In this document: piece by piece, positions 1 to 8,599 of the stretch
Numbering within the stretch: position 1 is the first letter of the stretch
Layout: every line of letters starts with the position of its first letter
DNA from: a virus
Virus record (IMG/VR): IMGVR_UViG_3300017963_000077
Reading direction: 5' to 3' (one strand)
DNA length: 50,736 bases
Translations under genes and position numbers: made by a program
The notes under the pieces: model-generated
The model's database searches: none
What the model was told of the DNA's origin: nothing
Seen by the model: the letters and a program-made list of their open reading frames with translations, nothing else

Positions 1-184
1 ATTCAGAAATGAATAGGTATTCAGAAATGAATAGGTATTCAGAAATGAATAGGTATTCAGAAATGAATAGGTATTCAGAAATGAATAGGTATTCAGAAAT
101 GAATAGGTATTCAGAAATGAATGGGTATTCAGAAATGAATGGGTATTCAGAAAAATGAATGGGTATTCAGAAAAATGAATATTG
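1..184. repeat. Tandem array of 10 direct 18/20-bp units (ATTCAGAAATGAATAGGT; variants ending GGGT; 20-bp variant ATTCAGAAAAATGAATGGGT), iteron-like
   Basis: Units start at 1,19,37,55,73,91,109,127,145,165. Each unit contains the dyad ATTCA-N4/6-TGAAT. The last unit is degenerate and runs into the palindrome AAATGAAT-ATTG-ATTCATTT (173-192). Confidence 0.95.
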
Positions 185-499
185 ATTCATTTCTTTAATA
201 AAATACATATATATCTCAAGATTTATAATAAAAAACGTATTTTAACAACATTTTTTGTAAGTTATTGTTTTTTATAGGCCAATTGTAAGCTGTTTATTTT
301 ATTGATTTTAAGCTATATTTTTAAAAATATTGTTCTGCTTAAAATATTGCATCCTGAAAAACGGCTTTAAACGACTGACTGAATTGACATAAGTATATAT
401 AAATAATATATTTATAAAATAATGTAAAAAAAACTTGCAAAAGTAATATATATATATGCCTTTTTCAAGTGTTTTTTGCAATTTTGGAAAACAAAAAAT

Positions 500-587
500 G
501 AACACCCATTCATTTTTCTGAACACCCATTCATTTTTCTGAACACCTATTCATTTTTCTGAATGAATGTTCATTCATTTTTCTGAAT
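500..587. repeat. Four inverted-orientation copies of the 20-bp repeat variant
   Basis: 504-522 and 524-542 are the exact reverse complement of TTCAGAAAAATGAATGGGT (146-164). 544-562 is the AGG variant. 572-587 (ATTCATTTTTCTGAAT) is the exact reverse complement of the 145-160 core. An extra palindrome GAATGAA-TG-TTCATTC lies at 560-575. Confidence 0.9.
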
Positions 588-641
588 AGTCGTTCATTTA
601 AAAGTCGTTCATTTTAAAGAATAAAATAATTAAATTTACTA

Positions 642-670
642 TTGACTTGCATAAACAAATTTTATATATT
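642..670 (+). promoter_or_regulatory. Sigma70-like promoter TTGACT-17nt-TATATT
   Basis: TTGACT at 642-647, a 17-nt spacer, then TATATT at 665-670. The same hexamers and spacing occur at 18589-18617. Confidence 0.4.
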
Positions 671-746
671 ACCAACGTACTCCAAATGGACGGTTTTTTA
701 TAACTACTTTTTCCGTCCGATTTATTCATATTTCTCCTTAATCCAG

Positions 747-766
747 AGGGCGACGACGGTCGCCCT
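747..766. terminator. GC-rich hairpin AGGGCGAC-GACG-GTCGCCCT (weak intrinsic terminator or structural element)
   Basis: Perfect 8-bp stem with a tetraloop, unusually GC-rich for this AT-rich region. It is followed by TTCTCCATTTATT, only a moderate U-tract. Confidence 0.35.
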
Positions 767-769
767 TCT

Positions 770-796
770 CCATTTATTCCATTTATTCCATTTATT
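770..796. repeat. Three perfect tandem copies of the 9-mer CCATTTATT
   Basis: Copies at 770-778, 779-787 and 788-796 are identical. They lie in non-coding DNA between the hairpin and the 814-842 promoter-like site. Confidence 0.9.
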
Positions 797-813
797 ACTT
801 TTGTAAAAAACTC

Positions 814-842
814 TTGACTTTCTTGTAAATAAGTGTTATTTT
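814..842 (+). promoter_or_regulatory. Promoter-like TTGACT-17nt-TATTTT upstream of the first + strand gene
   Basis: TTGACT at 814-819, a 17-nt spacer, then TATTTT at 837-842, about 50 nt upstream of the ATG at 895. Confidence 0.3.
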
Positions 843-894
843 TCATAGTACTTTTAATTCATCAAATTAATTCATTTAATGAAGGAGATTTTTT

Positions 895-1173
895 ATGGAA
901 GGTCTTGCTCTTCACAATTCAATTGTTGTTATATCGGGAATCGTTGCGCCAGTACTTTTCCAATTTTTAGTAAAAAACGTGAAAAAAGAATTGGCAAGAT
1001 TCTGGATTGTGATTGTTCTAAGTATTGCAGTTGCGATATTAAGCATGATTTTAAGCGGGCAAATTAATTTGCTTGACTATAACACTTATTTAGCAATTTT
1101 TACATTGTCAAGTATTGCGTGGAAAACAATCTGGAAACCACTGTTCATTAAAGACTGGACAACATCTAATTAA
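895..1173 (+). CDS. Small membrane protein, holin-like by size and topology
   Basis: 92 aa with hydrophobic stretches (VVISGIVAPVLFQFL, FWIVIVLSIAVAILSMIL, LAIFTLSSIAW). SD GAAGGAG lies 8 nt upstream. The overlapping 879..1067 ORF is judged spurious. Confidence 0.55.
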   Translation: MEGLALHNSIVVISGIVAPVLFQFLVKNVKKELARFWIVIVLSIAVAILSMILSGQINLLDYNTYLAIFTLSSIAWKTIWKPLFIKDWTTSN

Positions 1174-1179
1174 TCAACT

Positions 1180-1196
1180 GGGGGCATTAAGCCCCC
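1180..1196 (+). terminator. Hairpin GGGGGC-ATTAA-GCCCCC after the 895..1173 gene
   Basis: Perfect 6-bp GC stem 7 nt after the stop codon. No clear T-tract, so terminator function is uncertain. Confidence 0.35.
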
Positions 1197-1209
1197 TGAA
1201 AGGAATATT

Positions 1210-1482
1210 ATGTTAGTGATTAAAGACAACCAACCAGAAATAAAATTTAATTATCAAGAAATTAAAAAAATATTGAGAAAAGAGAAAAAAAGTTTGCAAG
1301 AACTTGGCGATATTTTAGGCGTGACTAGAGAAGGTCTTAGATATTTTCTTATAAATGATTCAAAATATATTAGCGCTTCCATGTTAAAAATTATAATAAC
1401 TTATTTACACCCAGAAAATTTAGAAGATATCATATTTGCAGAACGTAGCGTCATAGAGCTTATAGAACAAGATGTAATATAA
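1210..1482 (+). CDS. Helix-turn-helix DNA-binding protein (putative early regulator)
   Basis: 90 aa. SLQELGDILGVTREGLRYFL has the classic HTH pattern. Confidence 0.55.
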   Translation: MLVIKDNQPEIKFNYQEIKKILRKEKKSLQELGDILGVTREGLRYFLINDSKYISASMLKIIITYLHPENLEDIIFAERSVIELIEQDVI

Positions 1483-1501
1483 AAAACAAAAGGAGATAAA
1501 T

Positions 1502-1990
1502 ATGTTTAATATAACACAACAAGACGAAATAAACTGGTATCGATATCCGATTTATTTAATGGAAAAAAGTTATAAAAAAAACTCGTTTAGATCACTACTC
1601 ACATACAGGGAGCTTTTTTTAAATTTAATTTCCGATTTAGATTTTGAAGACCAAGAAGAATACAAAGATGAAATTAAAAAAATTAAAAAAAAAGAAGTTA
1701 AAAATATTCCTGATTGGCTTGAGTTATGCCATAGTGTTATTGATCTATTTGGTGTACGTGAATCAGAACGGGAAACAGCTTTATCGGCAATTAAAATTTC
1801 ATTAAATAATATTGAGCAAACAGTTGCAGATCGTAAAGTCGTTTCTTTTATTCAAAAGCAAGGTATAATTTTAATGCTAAATAATCTTCCAGGGTTGCAA
1901 TTAAAAGTCAAGAAATTAATAGAACAAGAAATTGACAACGATCTTGATTTTATAGCGATGGTCACTACAGCAATTATAATGGAGAGTTAA
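1502..1990 (+). CDS. Hypothetical protein
   Basis: 162-aa ORF with SD AAGGAGA upstream. Its stop abuts the next start. Confidence 0.6.
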   Translation: MFNITQQDEINWYRYPIYLMEKSYKKNSFRSLLTYRELFLNLISDLDFEDQEEYKDEIKKIKKKEVKNIPDWLELCHSVIDLFGVRESERETALSAIKISLNNIEQTVADRKVVSFIQKQGIILMLNNLPGLQLKVKKLIEQEIDNDLDFIAMVTTAIIMES

Positions 1991-2824
1991 ATGAATAGAA
2001 CAGAATGGTTAAAAAAAAGACAATCAGGTATTGGCGGTTCTGATATCGGCGCGCTTCTTGGTGGGCCATTTGCAAGATTTGGAAACACGCCACTGGATGT
2101 ATTTTACTCTAAAGTTAATCCTGTCAGTGATGATGAGGCTATTTCCGACCCAATGTTGGCAGGCTTATATATGGAAGATTCGATAAGAAAAATATTTGAA
2201 AAAAAATCTGGCATTGAAGTTGAAAAAGGAAAATTTATGCGGCACCCGGAAAAACCTTTTTTAGTTGGGACGCCAGACGGTATATTTAATGAAAAGGGAT
2301 TTATAGAGATTAAAAATGTTCAAAGATGGGTATATAAGCAATGGGAAGAAAACTATAATCCGCCCATTCCGCTATATTATTATTCTCAGGTGCAGCATTA
2401 TTATTCAGTTGGTGGATTTGAAAAATGCTATTTTGTTCCATTTGTAAACGGGTTTGAATTATTTTATTTTAAAATTGATAGAGATCAAGAATTTATTAAT
2501 TTTATGACTGAAACGGCAGAACGATTTTGGAACGAACATGTAATACCAAAAATACCGCCAGAAGTTGAGACCGTTGAAAGTATGAAAAAATATCCAAACA
2601 GAAAATTGCTTCAAACATTAGAAACAAAAAAACCAATTTATGACACTTTAAATTTAATAAAAAGAAAAGAATCCGCTGCTAAAGAAATGTTAAAAGATGT
2701 TGACAGTCTAAAAAATAATGTTAAATTATTAATGAAAGATCATCAATATCTTGAATATAATAACAGACTAATTGCAGAATATAAACAAACGGCAAGAGGT
2801 CGCAGATTTAAAATATTAATATAA
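1991..2824 (+). CDS. YqaJ-type (lambda Exo-like, PD-(D/E)XK) recombination exonuclease
   Basis: The N-terminal RTEWLKKRQSGIGGSDIGALLG matches the YqaJ signature. It sits directly upstream of RecT. Confidence 0.85.
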   Translation: MNRTEWLKKRQSGIGGSDIGALLGGPFARFGNTPLDVFYSKVNPVSDDEAISDPMLAGLYMEDSIRKIFEKKSGIEVEKGKFMRHPEKPFLVGTPDGIFNEKGFIEIKNVQRWVYKQWEENYNPPIPLYYYSQVQHYYSVGGFEKCYFVPFVNGFELFYFKIDRDQEFINFMTETAERFWNEHVIPKIPPEVETVESMKKYPNRKLLQTLETKKPIYDTLNLIKRKESAAKEMLKDVDSLKNNVKLLMKDHQYLEYNNRLIAEYKQTARGRRFKILI

Positions 2825-2834
2825 GGAGAATAAT

Positions 2835-3824
2835 ATGGAAAGTCCAAAAAATGCAGCACAAAAAGAAGTTGGTATTGGTAAAATTGAATTGCCAAAAAAT
2901 TTCTTAGGAAAAACTACAGACGAAATTCAAGAACTATTAAGCCAATACGAGCCTCAAATAAGCAATATTTTGTCAACACGAGATGAAGTGAAAAATTTAT
3001 TGCAGGTATGTTCAATTGTGGCAAGAAGTAAAGATGTTGCAAAATGTACCGCATCAACGGTTGTGGGCGCTGTATTACAAACGGCCATGGCAAGACTTGA
3101 TCCAAATCCTATTATGGGTGAAGTATATTTTATTCCTCGTGAAATAAAAAACGGTTCTGGTGTTTATGGGTGCACGCTTACGATAGGGTACAAAGGTTAT
3201 ATTCAATTTGCCGAAAGATCTGGGAAAATCAAAAGTGTTTATTCGTATCCTATTTATTCAGAGGAAATATTTCAAGCGCATTATGGGACAGATTTAAAGA
3301 TTGAACATTTTCCAAAGCCTCCAAAGGACAGGGGTGTTTTAAACGGCGCTTATTCAGTCGTAGAATACATAACTGGAGGTAAAATAATTGAGGTTCTTTA
3401 TAAAGACGAGATTGAAAAAATACGCAAATTGTCACCAGGTAGCCACTCAAAATATAGTCCTTGGGTAAATTTTGAAGCCGACATGTACCGGAAATGTCCA
3501 TTGCGAAAAATAATGAAATATGTTCCGTTAAGTGCAAGAGAAAGAAAAGGTATGTCTGTTGACGATGGAATAGTTGACATTGAAACTACTACATTTCAAA
3601 GTGATGGCGTTGTTAGTGCAGAAGAAATAAATTTCATGACTCCTGAAGATGCTAAAGCACCAATAAAAAATATTAATGAATTATTAATAAAATACGAAAG
3701 CCTTGTCGGCAAACAAAAAATAACTCCAGAACAACAATCAAAGTATGACGCTTTTTTCTCACAAGAAACCATTACACAAGTTGAATACGAAAACATAAAA
3801 AAAGAATTAGATTCTATAAAATAG
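2835..3824 (+). CDS. recT: RecT-family single-strand annealing protein
   Basis: LDPNPIMGEVYFIPR ... TIGYKGYIQFAERSGKI matches RecT core motifs. It is paired with the YqaJ exonuclease. Confidence 0.85.
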   Translation: MESPKNAAQKEVGIGKIELPKNFLGKTTDEIQELLSQYEPQISNILSTRDEVKNLLQVCSIVARSKDVAKCTASTVVGAVLQTAMARLDPNPIMGEVYFIPREIKNGSGVYGCTLTIGYKGYIQFAERSGKIKSVYSYPIYSEEIFQAHYGTDLKIEHFPKPPKDRGVLNGAYSVVEYITGGKIIEVLYKDEIEKIRKLSPGSHSKYSPWVNFEADMYRKCPLRKIMKYVPLSARERKGMSVDDGIVDIETTTFQSDGVVSAEEINFMTPEDAKAPIKNINELLIKYESLVGKQKITPEQQSKYDAFFSQETITQVEYENIKKELDSIK

Positions 3825-3834
3825 GAGAAATTTT

Positions 3835-4104
3835 ATGGACGCAAAAAAAGTATTAAAAACAACAAAGTCAATCCAGTCGTTAAAAAATAAAATTCAATTC
3901 TATTCTATAATGGCTGGAATTATGCAAAAAGCTTGGGAAGGCAGGCGCTTATATATTGTTCCTACATCCTTGGGGGTGTGTTCAGAAACAAATAAACACA
4001 ATCTCAAAGATTTGGGATATCAAATAAGTGAAAACAGGCAAGGCGAAACGATAATTAAGTGGATTAAAGCGCCATATGTAGACAACACGTCAGAAGAGGG
4101 TTAA
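3835..4104 (+). CDS. Hypothetical protein
   Basis: 89-aa ORF with SD AGGAGA upstream. Confidence 0.55.
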   Translation: MDAKKVLKTTKSIQSLKNKIQFYSIMAGIMQKAWEGRRLYIVPTSLGVCSETNKHNLKDLGYQISENRQGETIIKWIKAPYVDNTSEEG

Positions 4105-4106
4105 TA

Positions 4107-4409
4107 ATGAAAAAAACCATATTGTTTATTGAATCAATTTCTGACAATGTATTTTATTATGTTGTAAAGTCAAAAGTGCATGCAGAAGATATATTAGGAG
4201 AAATAATTTTTATATTTAATAATGTGAAAAGAAAAAGGGAATGGATGTTTTTTATTTCAGAACCTGAAATATTGAAACAAGTACAAATGAAGGAAATTTA
4301 TGAAAAATTAAAATCTTTAAATGAAAGTGAAACAACAAACGACATAGCAAAACTTCCAATAGCTTTAATAAAAAAAATAAAAAATAAGGAGTTTAAAAAT
4401 GGAATCTAA
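4107..4409 (+). CDS. Hypothetical protein
   Basis: 100-aa ORF, tightly packed in the operon. Confidence 0.55.
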   Translation: MKKTILFIESISDNVFYYVVKSKVHAEDILGEIIFIFNNVKRKREWMFFISEPEILKQVQMKEIYEKLKSLNESETTNDIAKLPIALIKKIKNKEFKNGI

Positions 4410-5676
4410 AAAAATAATTGGGTTTTATGTTGAAAATTTTATGGGTTGTAAAATAGCTGAATTCACACCTGAAAAAAATATAACAATTGTTTCTGGAGCA
4501 AATGGTCAAGGTAAAAGTTCTTTGATTGACTCAATGTGGTTTTTATTTACAAATTTAAAAGGCTCTTCGATTTCAGAGCCAATTAATTACGATGCCGAAT
4601 ATACCGTTGTGACGGCAGAACTGTCAAATGGTTTTACCATTGACAGAATCCAAAAAAAATCAGGACAAACGTCACTAAAAATTAAATGGGAAGGCGCAAT
4701 TCTGCAAAGTCCGCAAAGTGTTTTAAATAAACTTTTAGGACTAAACATTGACCCAATGGAATTGCTTGAAAAAGAGCCTAAATATCAAGTTGACTATTTA
4801 CTTTCACGATTTGGACTAAAAGATAAATTAAATGAACTTGAATCCAAAAGAATCGATATATATACTAAAAGAAAATATGTAAACAAAGAAATTAAAAATC
4901 TTGAAGTTTTAACTGCAAATGAAATCACAGAACCGGACATCGTAGACAATCAGAAAATTAAAGAAAAATTAAAAAAATTACAGGAAGCAAAATCAACGAG
5001 AGAAAAATCAGAATCCAAAATTAAAGAAATAGAAAATGCAGTAACAGAGTCAGAACAAAAAAAAGAATTTTACAAAAAAGAGATTGAAAAAATTAATGAA
5101 CAAAACGAACAAAGATCAAAAAATCTAATTGAAATACAAGATTCACTTTCAAAAATTCCGTCCCTTGAAAATCTTGAAAGTCAGATAGATGTTGCGTTTG
5201 AAGTGTTAGCAGAAGCGGACGAGACTGCAATGCGCTTGAATCAATACAAAGAATATCAAAAAAACATTAAACTGCTTGAAACAAGAAAAGAGGAAGCGGG
5301 AAAATTAAGTTCTAATCTTTTGAAAATTACAAATGAAAAAATTGGCATATTAGAACAATTAAACTTTGACATTGAAAATTTAGAAATCAAAAATGGGGAA
5401 TTGTTATATAACAATATTCCACTGTCTCAAAGCTCAAGTGCAGAACAATTAAAAGCATGCACGGAAATAGCAATAAAAACAATACCAAAGGATGGATTAA
5501 GAGTTATATTGATTAGAGATGGGAATAGACTTGATTCTAATAATTTTAAAATCCTTGAGGAATTAAGTCGAAAAAACGATGTTCAGATTATAATTGAAAG
5601 AGTTGATGAGACTGGAGAACAAGGTCTTTATATGGAAAATGGTGTTATTAAAAAGAATAATTACAACAAGGAATAA
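4399..5676 (+). CDS. SMC/SbcC/Rad50-like ATPase with central coiled coil
   Basis: Walker A at GANGQGKSSLIDS. Long Lys/Glu-rich coiled coil. Signature-like LSQSSSAEQ and Walker-B-like RVILIRDG near the C-terminus. Confidence 0.7.
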   Translation: MESKKIIGFYVENFMGCKIAEFTPEKNITIVSGANGQGKSSLIDSMWFLFTNLKGSSISEPINYDAEYTVVTAELSNGFTIDRIQKKSGQTSLKIKWEGAILQSPQSVLNKLLGLNIDPMELLEKEPKYQVDYLLSRFGLKDKLNELESKRIDIYTKRKYVNKEIKNLEVLTANEITEPDIVDNQKIKEKLKKLQEAKSTREKSESKIKEIENAVTESEQKKEFYKKEIEKINEQNEQRSKNLIEIQDSLSKIPSLENLESQIDVAFEVLAEADETAMRLNQYKEYQKNIKLLETRKEEAGKLSSNLLKITNEKIGILEQLNFDIENLEIKNGELLYNNIPLSQSSSAEQLKACTEIAIKTIPKDGLRVILIRDGNRLDSNNFKILEELSRKNDVQIIIERVDETGEQGLYMENGVIKKNNYNKE

Positions 5677-5681
5677 TAATT

Positions 5682-6056
5682 ATGTTACAAATGATATTTA
5701 AAATTATCAAAGAAAAATATATATTTATATTATATAAAATATATTTTTTATTTAAAATTGATTCAATTAAACATTTATTAATTGTCAGAGATCAAGAAAC
5801 TAAAATTAAAAGAATAGAAAAAACTAAGAATCCAAAATGTTTTTATTGTGGGAAAAAAATATTTATAGGTGATTGGGAAAAAAAGAATATTCAACATGAA
5901 GATTTTTATATTGATGACTTTTATTTTTTTATAACATATAAAAATAAAGTATTTTATGCACATAACAATTGTTTCCCAAACGCCGAAAAATATTTGAATC
6001 AAGAATTAAAATTGACAAGAGAAACTAAAAGACAAACACACAAAATCAAAAAATAG
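5682..6056 (+). CDS. Hypothetical Cys/His-containing protein (start uncertain)
   Basis: 124-aa ORF with a very AT-rich 5' part. Contains CFYCGKK ... HNNC, a possible zinc knuckle. Confidence 0.4.
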   Translation: MLQMIFKIIKEKYIFILYKIYFLFKIDSIKHLLIVRDQETKIKRIEKTKNPKCFYCGKKIFIGDWEKKNIQHEDFYIDDFYFFITYKNKVFYAHNNCFPNAEKYLNQELKLTRETKRQTHKIKK

Positions 6057-6065
6057 GTAATTAAT

Positions 6066-6401
6066 ATGGAAATTAAAAAGCAAAATATGTGGGTTGTGTT
6101 TAAATGGCAAGAATATAAAAAACCTATGCCAATTTTTATAAGTGATTGTAGAGTGACAGCGGAAAAAATTTCTGCTGATATTGATGTAAAAACGACAGTA
6201 AGTAAAGTAGAAGGCTTTTATAAAGACGGGTATTTATTCGGTCCCGTTCATATGGTAAGGGGCTCTAATGAAGAATACGAAGCAGAAAAAAATTTAACAA
6301 CTTTAGAAGATTTAATTGGAAAATTGAAAAACAATATCGCTATAACAAAAGAAGAAAAATTATTTTTAGCAGAAAATTTGGAGTATAACTATGGAATTTG
6401 A
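6066..6401 (+). CDS. Hypothetical protein
   Basis: 111-aa ORF in operon context. Confidence 0.55.
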   Translation: MEIKKQNMWVVFKWQEYKKPMPIFISDCRVTAEKISADIDVKTTVSKVEGFYKDGYLFGPVHMVRGSNEEYEAEKNLTTLEDLIGKLKNNIAITKEEKLFLAENLEYNYGI

Positions 6402-6750
6402 TCCGATTGATTTTAAGCTTAATATAAAATTCGTGCCCGACAAGCTATGGCAGTATAAAACAGATTTTAAATTTTTTATTAACAACAAACAAATAGAAAA
6501 ACTTAATGAAATTAAAACAGAGGAAAGCGTTATATTATTTACTGTTGTGAAAAAAGACGGTGAAGAAATTTATAATGGAGAAGCTAAGCTGGCAAATATG
6601 AAAATAACAGAAATTAAAAATGAAAAAAGCATCTGTTCAATTTCACTTGTATTTAATTCAATCCTTAAAGATCATTTTTTGTGTGAATATTTGGCCGATG
6701 GTTATTTTGTGATATTAGAAAAACCTCAGCTTGACTTAGGATTGTCTTGA
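6391..6750 (+). CDS. Hypothetical protein
   Basis: 119-aa ORF with SD TGGAG upstream. Overlaps the previous gene by 11 nt. Confidence 0.55.
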   Translation: MEFDPIDFKLNIKFVPDKLWQYKTDFKFFINNKQIEKLNEIKTEESVILFTVVKKDGEEIYNGEAKLANMKITEIKNEKSICSISLVFNSILKDHFLCEYLADGYFVILEKPQLDLGLS

Positions 6751-6863
6751 TTTTTTTAATAATGTTTATTAGATTAAAATTAAAATGATATATTTTAAAT
6801 ACAAAATCATAAAAGTTCAAAAAAAATAAACACAATTATAACAACAAATAATAAAAAAAAGTA

Positions 6864-7181
6864 ATGGAGTCAATTATGGATTTTGAAAAATTGCCAAAAG
6901 AAAAAAAGCAATATTATTTTGAACAAGCCGAAATAATTTTAGATGGCCTTTTGTATTGTACACGAGTTTGGGATGCATGGGGACAAGGAACAATGAATGA
7001 AAATGATTTTATTCCTGCTGACAAAGACGATAATATTATTATTTACACTGCAGAAAAATTGTATATAATTGTTGAGTCTGGACTGGAAGATATTCGGAAA
7101 TATGAATTTAGAGATGGCTTTAAATCAGGGGTTGAAGCAACTGGCAATGATATAGACGATTATAAATATTGGACAGAATAA
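6864..7181 (+). CDS. Hypothetical acidic protein (start may be the ATG at 6876)
   Basis: 105-aa ORF. The GGAG at 6866-6869 is better placed for the second ATG at 6876. Confidence 0.55.
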   Translation: MESIMDFEKLPKEKKQYYFEQAEIILDGLLYCTRVWDAWGQGTMNENDFIPADKDDNIIIYTAEKLYIIVESGLEDIRKYEFRDGFKSGVEATGNDIDDYKYWTE

Positions 7182-7222
7182 AAATTTTTTTATAGTTATA
7201 AAAGATTGAAGGGAGAAAATAA

Positions 7223-7504
7223 ATGGAAACAAAAAATAATTCATACGCAGGTTTTATAATGATTCCGATGCGCAACATTATAACAACACGCCTAACACCG
7301 ACCGAAAAGCTGGTGTTGTTTTATATTTGCGCCGACATGTCAGTTTCTGGATACAGTAGAATACAAGACTCAGAAACTTCAAAAACTTTATCAATTCCAC
7401 TTGATGAAGTAAAAAAAATTTACAGGAAATTAATAGTTGAGGAATTTATTTCGGTTGAAGATCACAATGGGATTGACTATTTTACTTATGGCAACAATTA
7501 TTAA
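7223..7504 (+). CDS. Small winged-helix-like DNA-binding protein
   Basis: 93 aa. LTPTEKLVLFYICADMS ... SKTLSIPLDEVKKIYRKL resembles the N-terminal HTH of the next gene. Confidence 0.45.
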   Translation: METKNNSYAGFIMIPMRNIITTRLTPTEKLVLFYICADMSVSGYSRIQDSETSKTLSIPLDEVKKIYRKLIVEEFISVEDHNGIDYFTYGNNY

Positions 7505-7516
7505 GGAGAAAAAAAA

Positions 7517-8599
7517 ATGAAAACAGACAATTGTTTATTTGAAGATGGTTATGGTTTAATGTCAAAGCTTGCATTAACAGACAAAAGATTTACATGGCAA
7601 GAAAAAGCAGTATTTAATTTTATAATCATGATGATTGGAAAAAATGATAAATGTTGGCCGTCAAATAATTATATTGCAGATCAATTGGGCATGACGCCAA
7701 GTTATATATCAAAAACAATAAATAAATATAAAGTAAATGGATATTTTAAAGTAAATTATATATTCAATGGCAAAATGTGCCAAAGAAGATATATTTCAAT
7801 AAATTTTAAAGAGTTAAAAAAGTATAGAGGTCAACTTGAAAAAGAAAATGCAAAAACTTTAAAAACAGTTGAAAAGCCAGACGAAACAGATGATTTTTAT
7901 AACAAGCCCGAAAACTATTGCCAAGTTTTGCCTCCCAAAAAAGAACAACAAAAAATAGATATTGATGATATTAATACTGTTAAAGTAAACAATATAGATA
8001 TTGTTGACACAAATAATATAGTTGAAGAAAACAAGACCGGTATTGTTAATACAAAAAAGCAATATTGTTCAGGTAATAAGTCAAGTATTATTCATACAAA
8101 CAAGTATAAAAGTAATAATATAATTAATAATAAAAATAAACACTCTAATAATAACACAAAAGAATTGAGAGGGAATAAAAAAATTGATTTTAAGGGTGAA
8201 AATGAATTCGCTTATGGAAGCGCACTAACTAAAGAAAGAGAGGTGTTTCGTTTATTTGAAAAAACTAATCCGGAATTGAAAGAAATGTGGAAGGAATATT
8301 ATTATGGTGTGCAGCAAGTAATGGCACACCCCCTTGTAAATTTTGAAAAAATAAAACAGGCGTTACAAAATCTTGAAAATTCTACATATTTTAAAAACAA
8401 TTTTCCACAAATAATTGACTTTTTTTATATATTTGACGTGGAGCACAATTTTCAAGCCGCACCATTAAGGATAGCAAAATATGCTAAGATGAAAAAAAGA
8501 AGTTTTGATATACCAAAACAGATAAAACCAGAAATATCGCAAAAAGAATACATAAAAAAACAAGTTGAAAAAAGATTGAAGGGAGTACAAAATGGATGA
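7517..8599 (+). CDS. Replication initiator / replisome-organizer-like protein (N-terminal HTH, Asn-rich linker)
   Basis: FTWQEKAVFNFIIMMIGKNDKCWPSNNYIADQLGMTPSYISKTINKY is typical of phage replication HTH domains. It sits upstream of a G39P-like gene. Confidence 0.5.
   Translation: MKTDNCLFEDGYGLMSKLALTDKRFTWQEKAVFNFIIMMIGKNDKCWPSNNYIADQLGMTPSYISKTINKYKVNGYFKVNYIFNGKMCQRRYISINFKELKKYRGQLEKENAKTLKTVEKPDETDDFYNKPENYCQVLPPKKEQQKIDIDDINTVKVNNIDIVDTNNIVEENKTGIVNTKKQYCSGNKSSIIHTNKYKSNNIINNKNKHSNNNTKELRGNKKIDFKGENEFAYGSALTKEREVFRLFEKTNPELKEMWKEYYYGVQQVMAHPLVNFEKIKQALQNLENSTYFKNNFPQIIDFFYIFDVEHNFQAAPLRIAKYAKMKKRSFDIPKQIKPEISQKEYIKKQVEKRLKGVQNG

Noticed and set aside
1-184. Regularly spaced short repeats at both window ends could be mistaken for a CRISPR array.
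   Set aside because: The units are directly adjacent with no unique spacers, are only 18-20 bp long, and no cas genes are present. This is a plain tandem (iteron-like) repeat.
308-529. 73-aa minus-strand ORF in the AT-rich gap between the repeat arrays.
   Set aside because: It has no SD. Its composition (I/F/K/Y/N-rich) is what AT-rich non-coding DNA yields. Its N-terminal (5') codons translate the inverted repeat copies starting at 500.
598-846. Full 82-aa minus-strand ORF, including the INGINGING segment.
   Set aside because: The N-terminal part merely translates the 9-bp triple repeat and the GC hairpin, and has no SD. Only the internal 43-codon version (598..729), which has a strong SD, is kept as a low-confidence finding.
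879-1067. 62-aa + strand ORF overlapping 895..1173 in another frame.
   Set aside because: Its ATG lies inside the SD of the 895 start (ATGAAGGAG). The Cys/Arg-rich product looks like an off-frame translation, whereas the 895 frame gives a coherent membrane protein.
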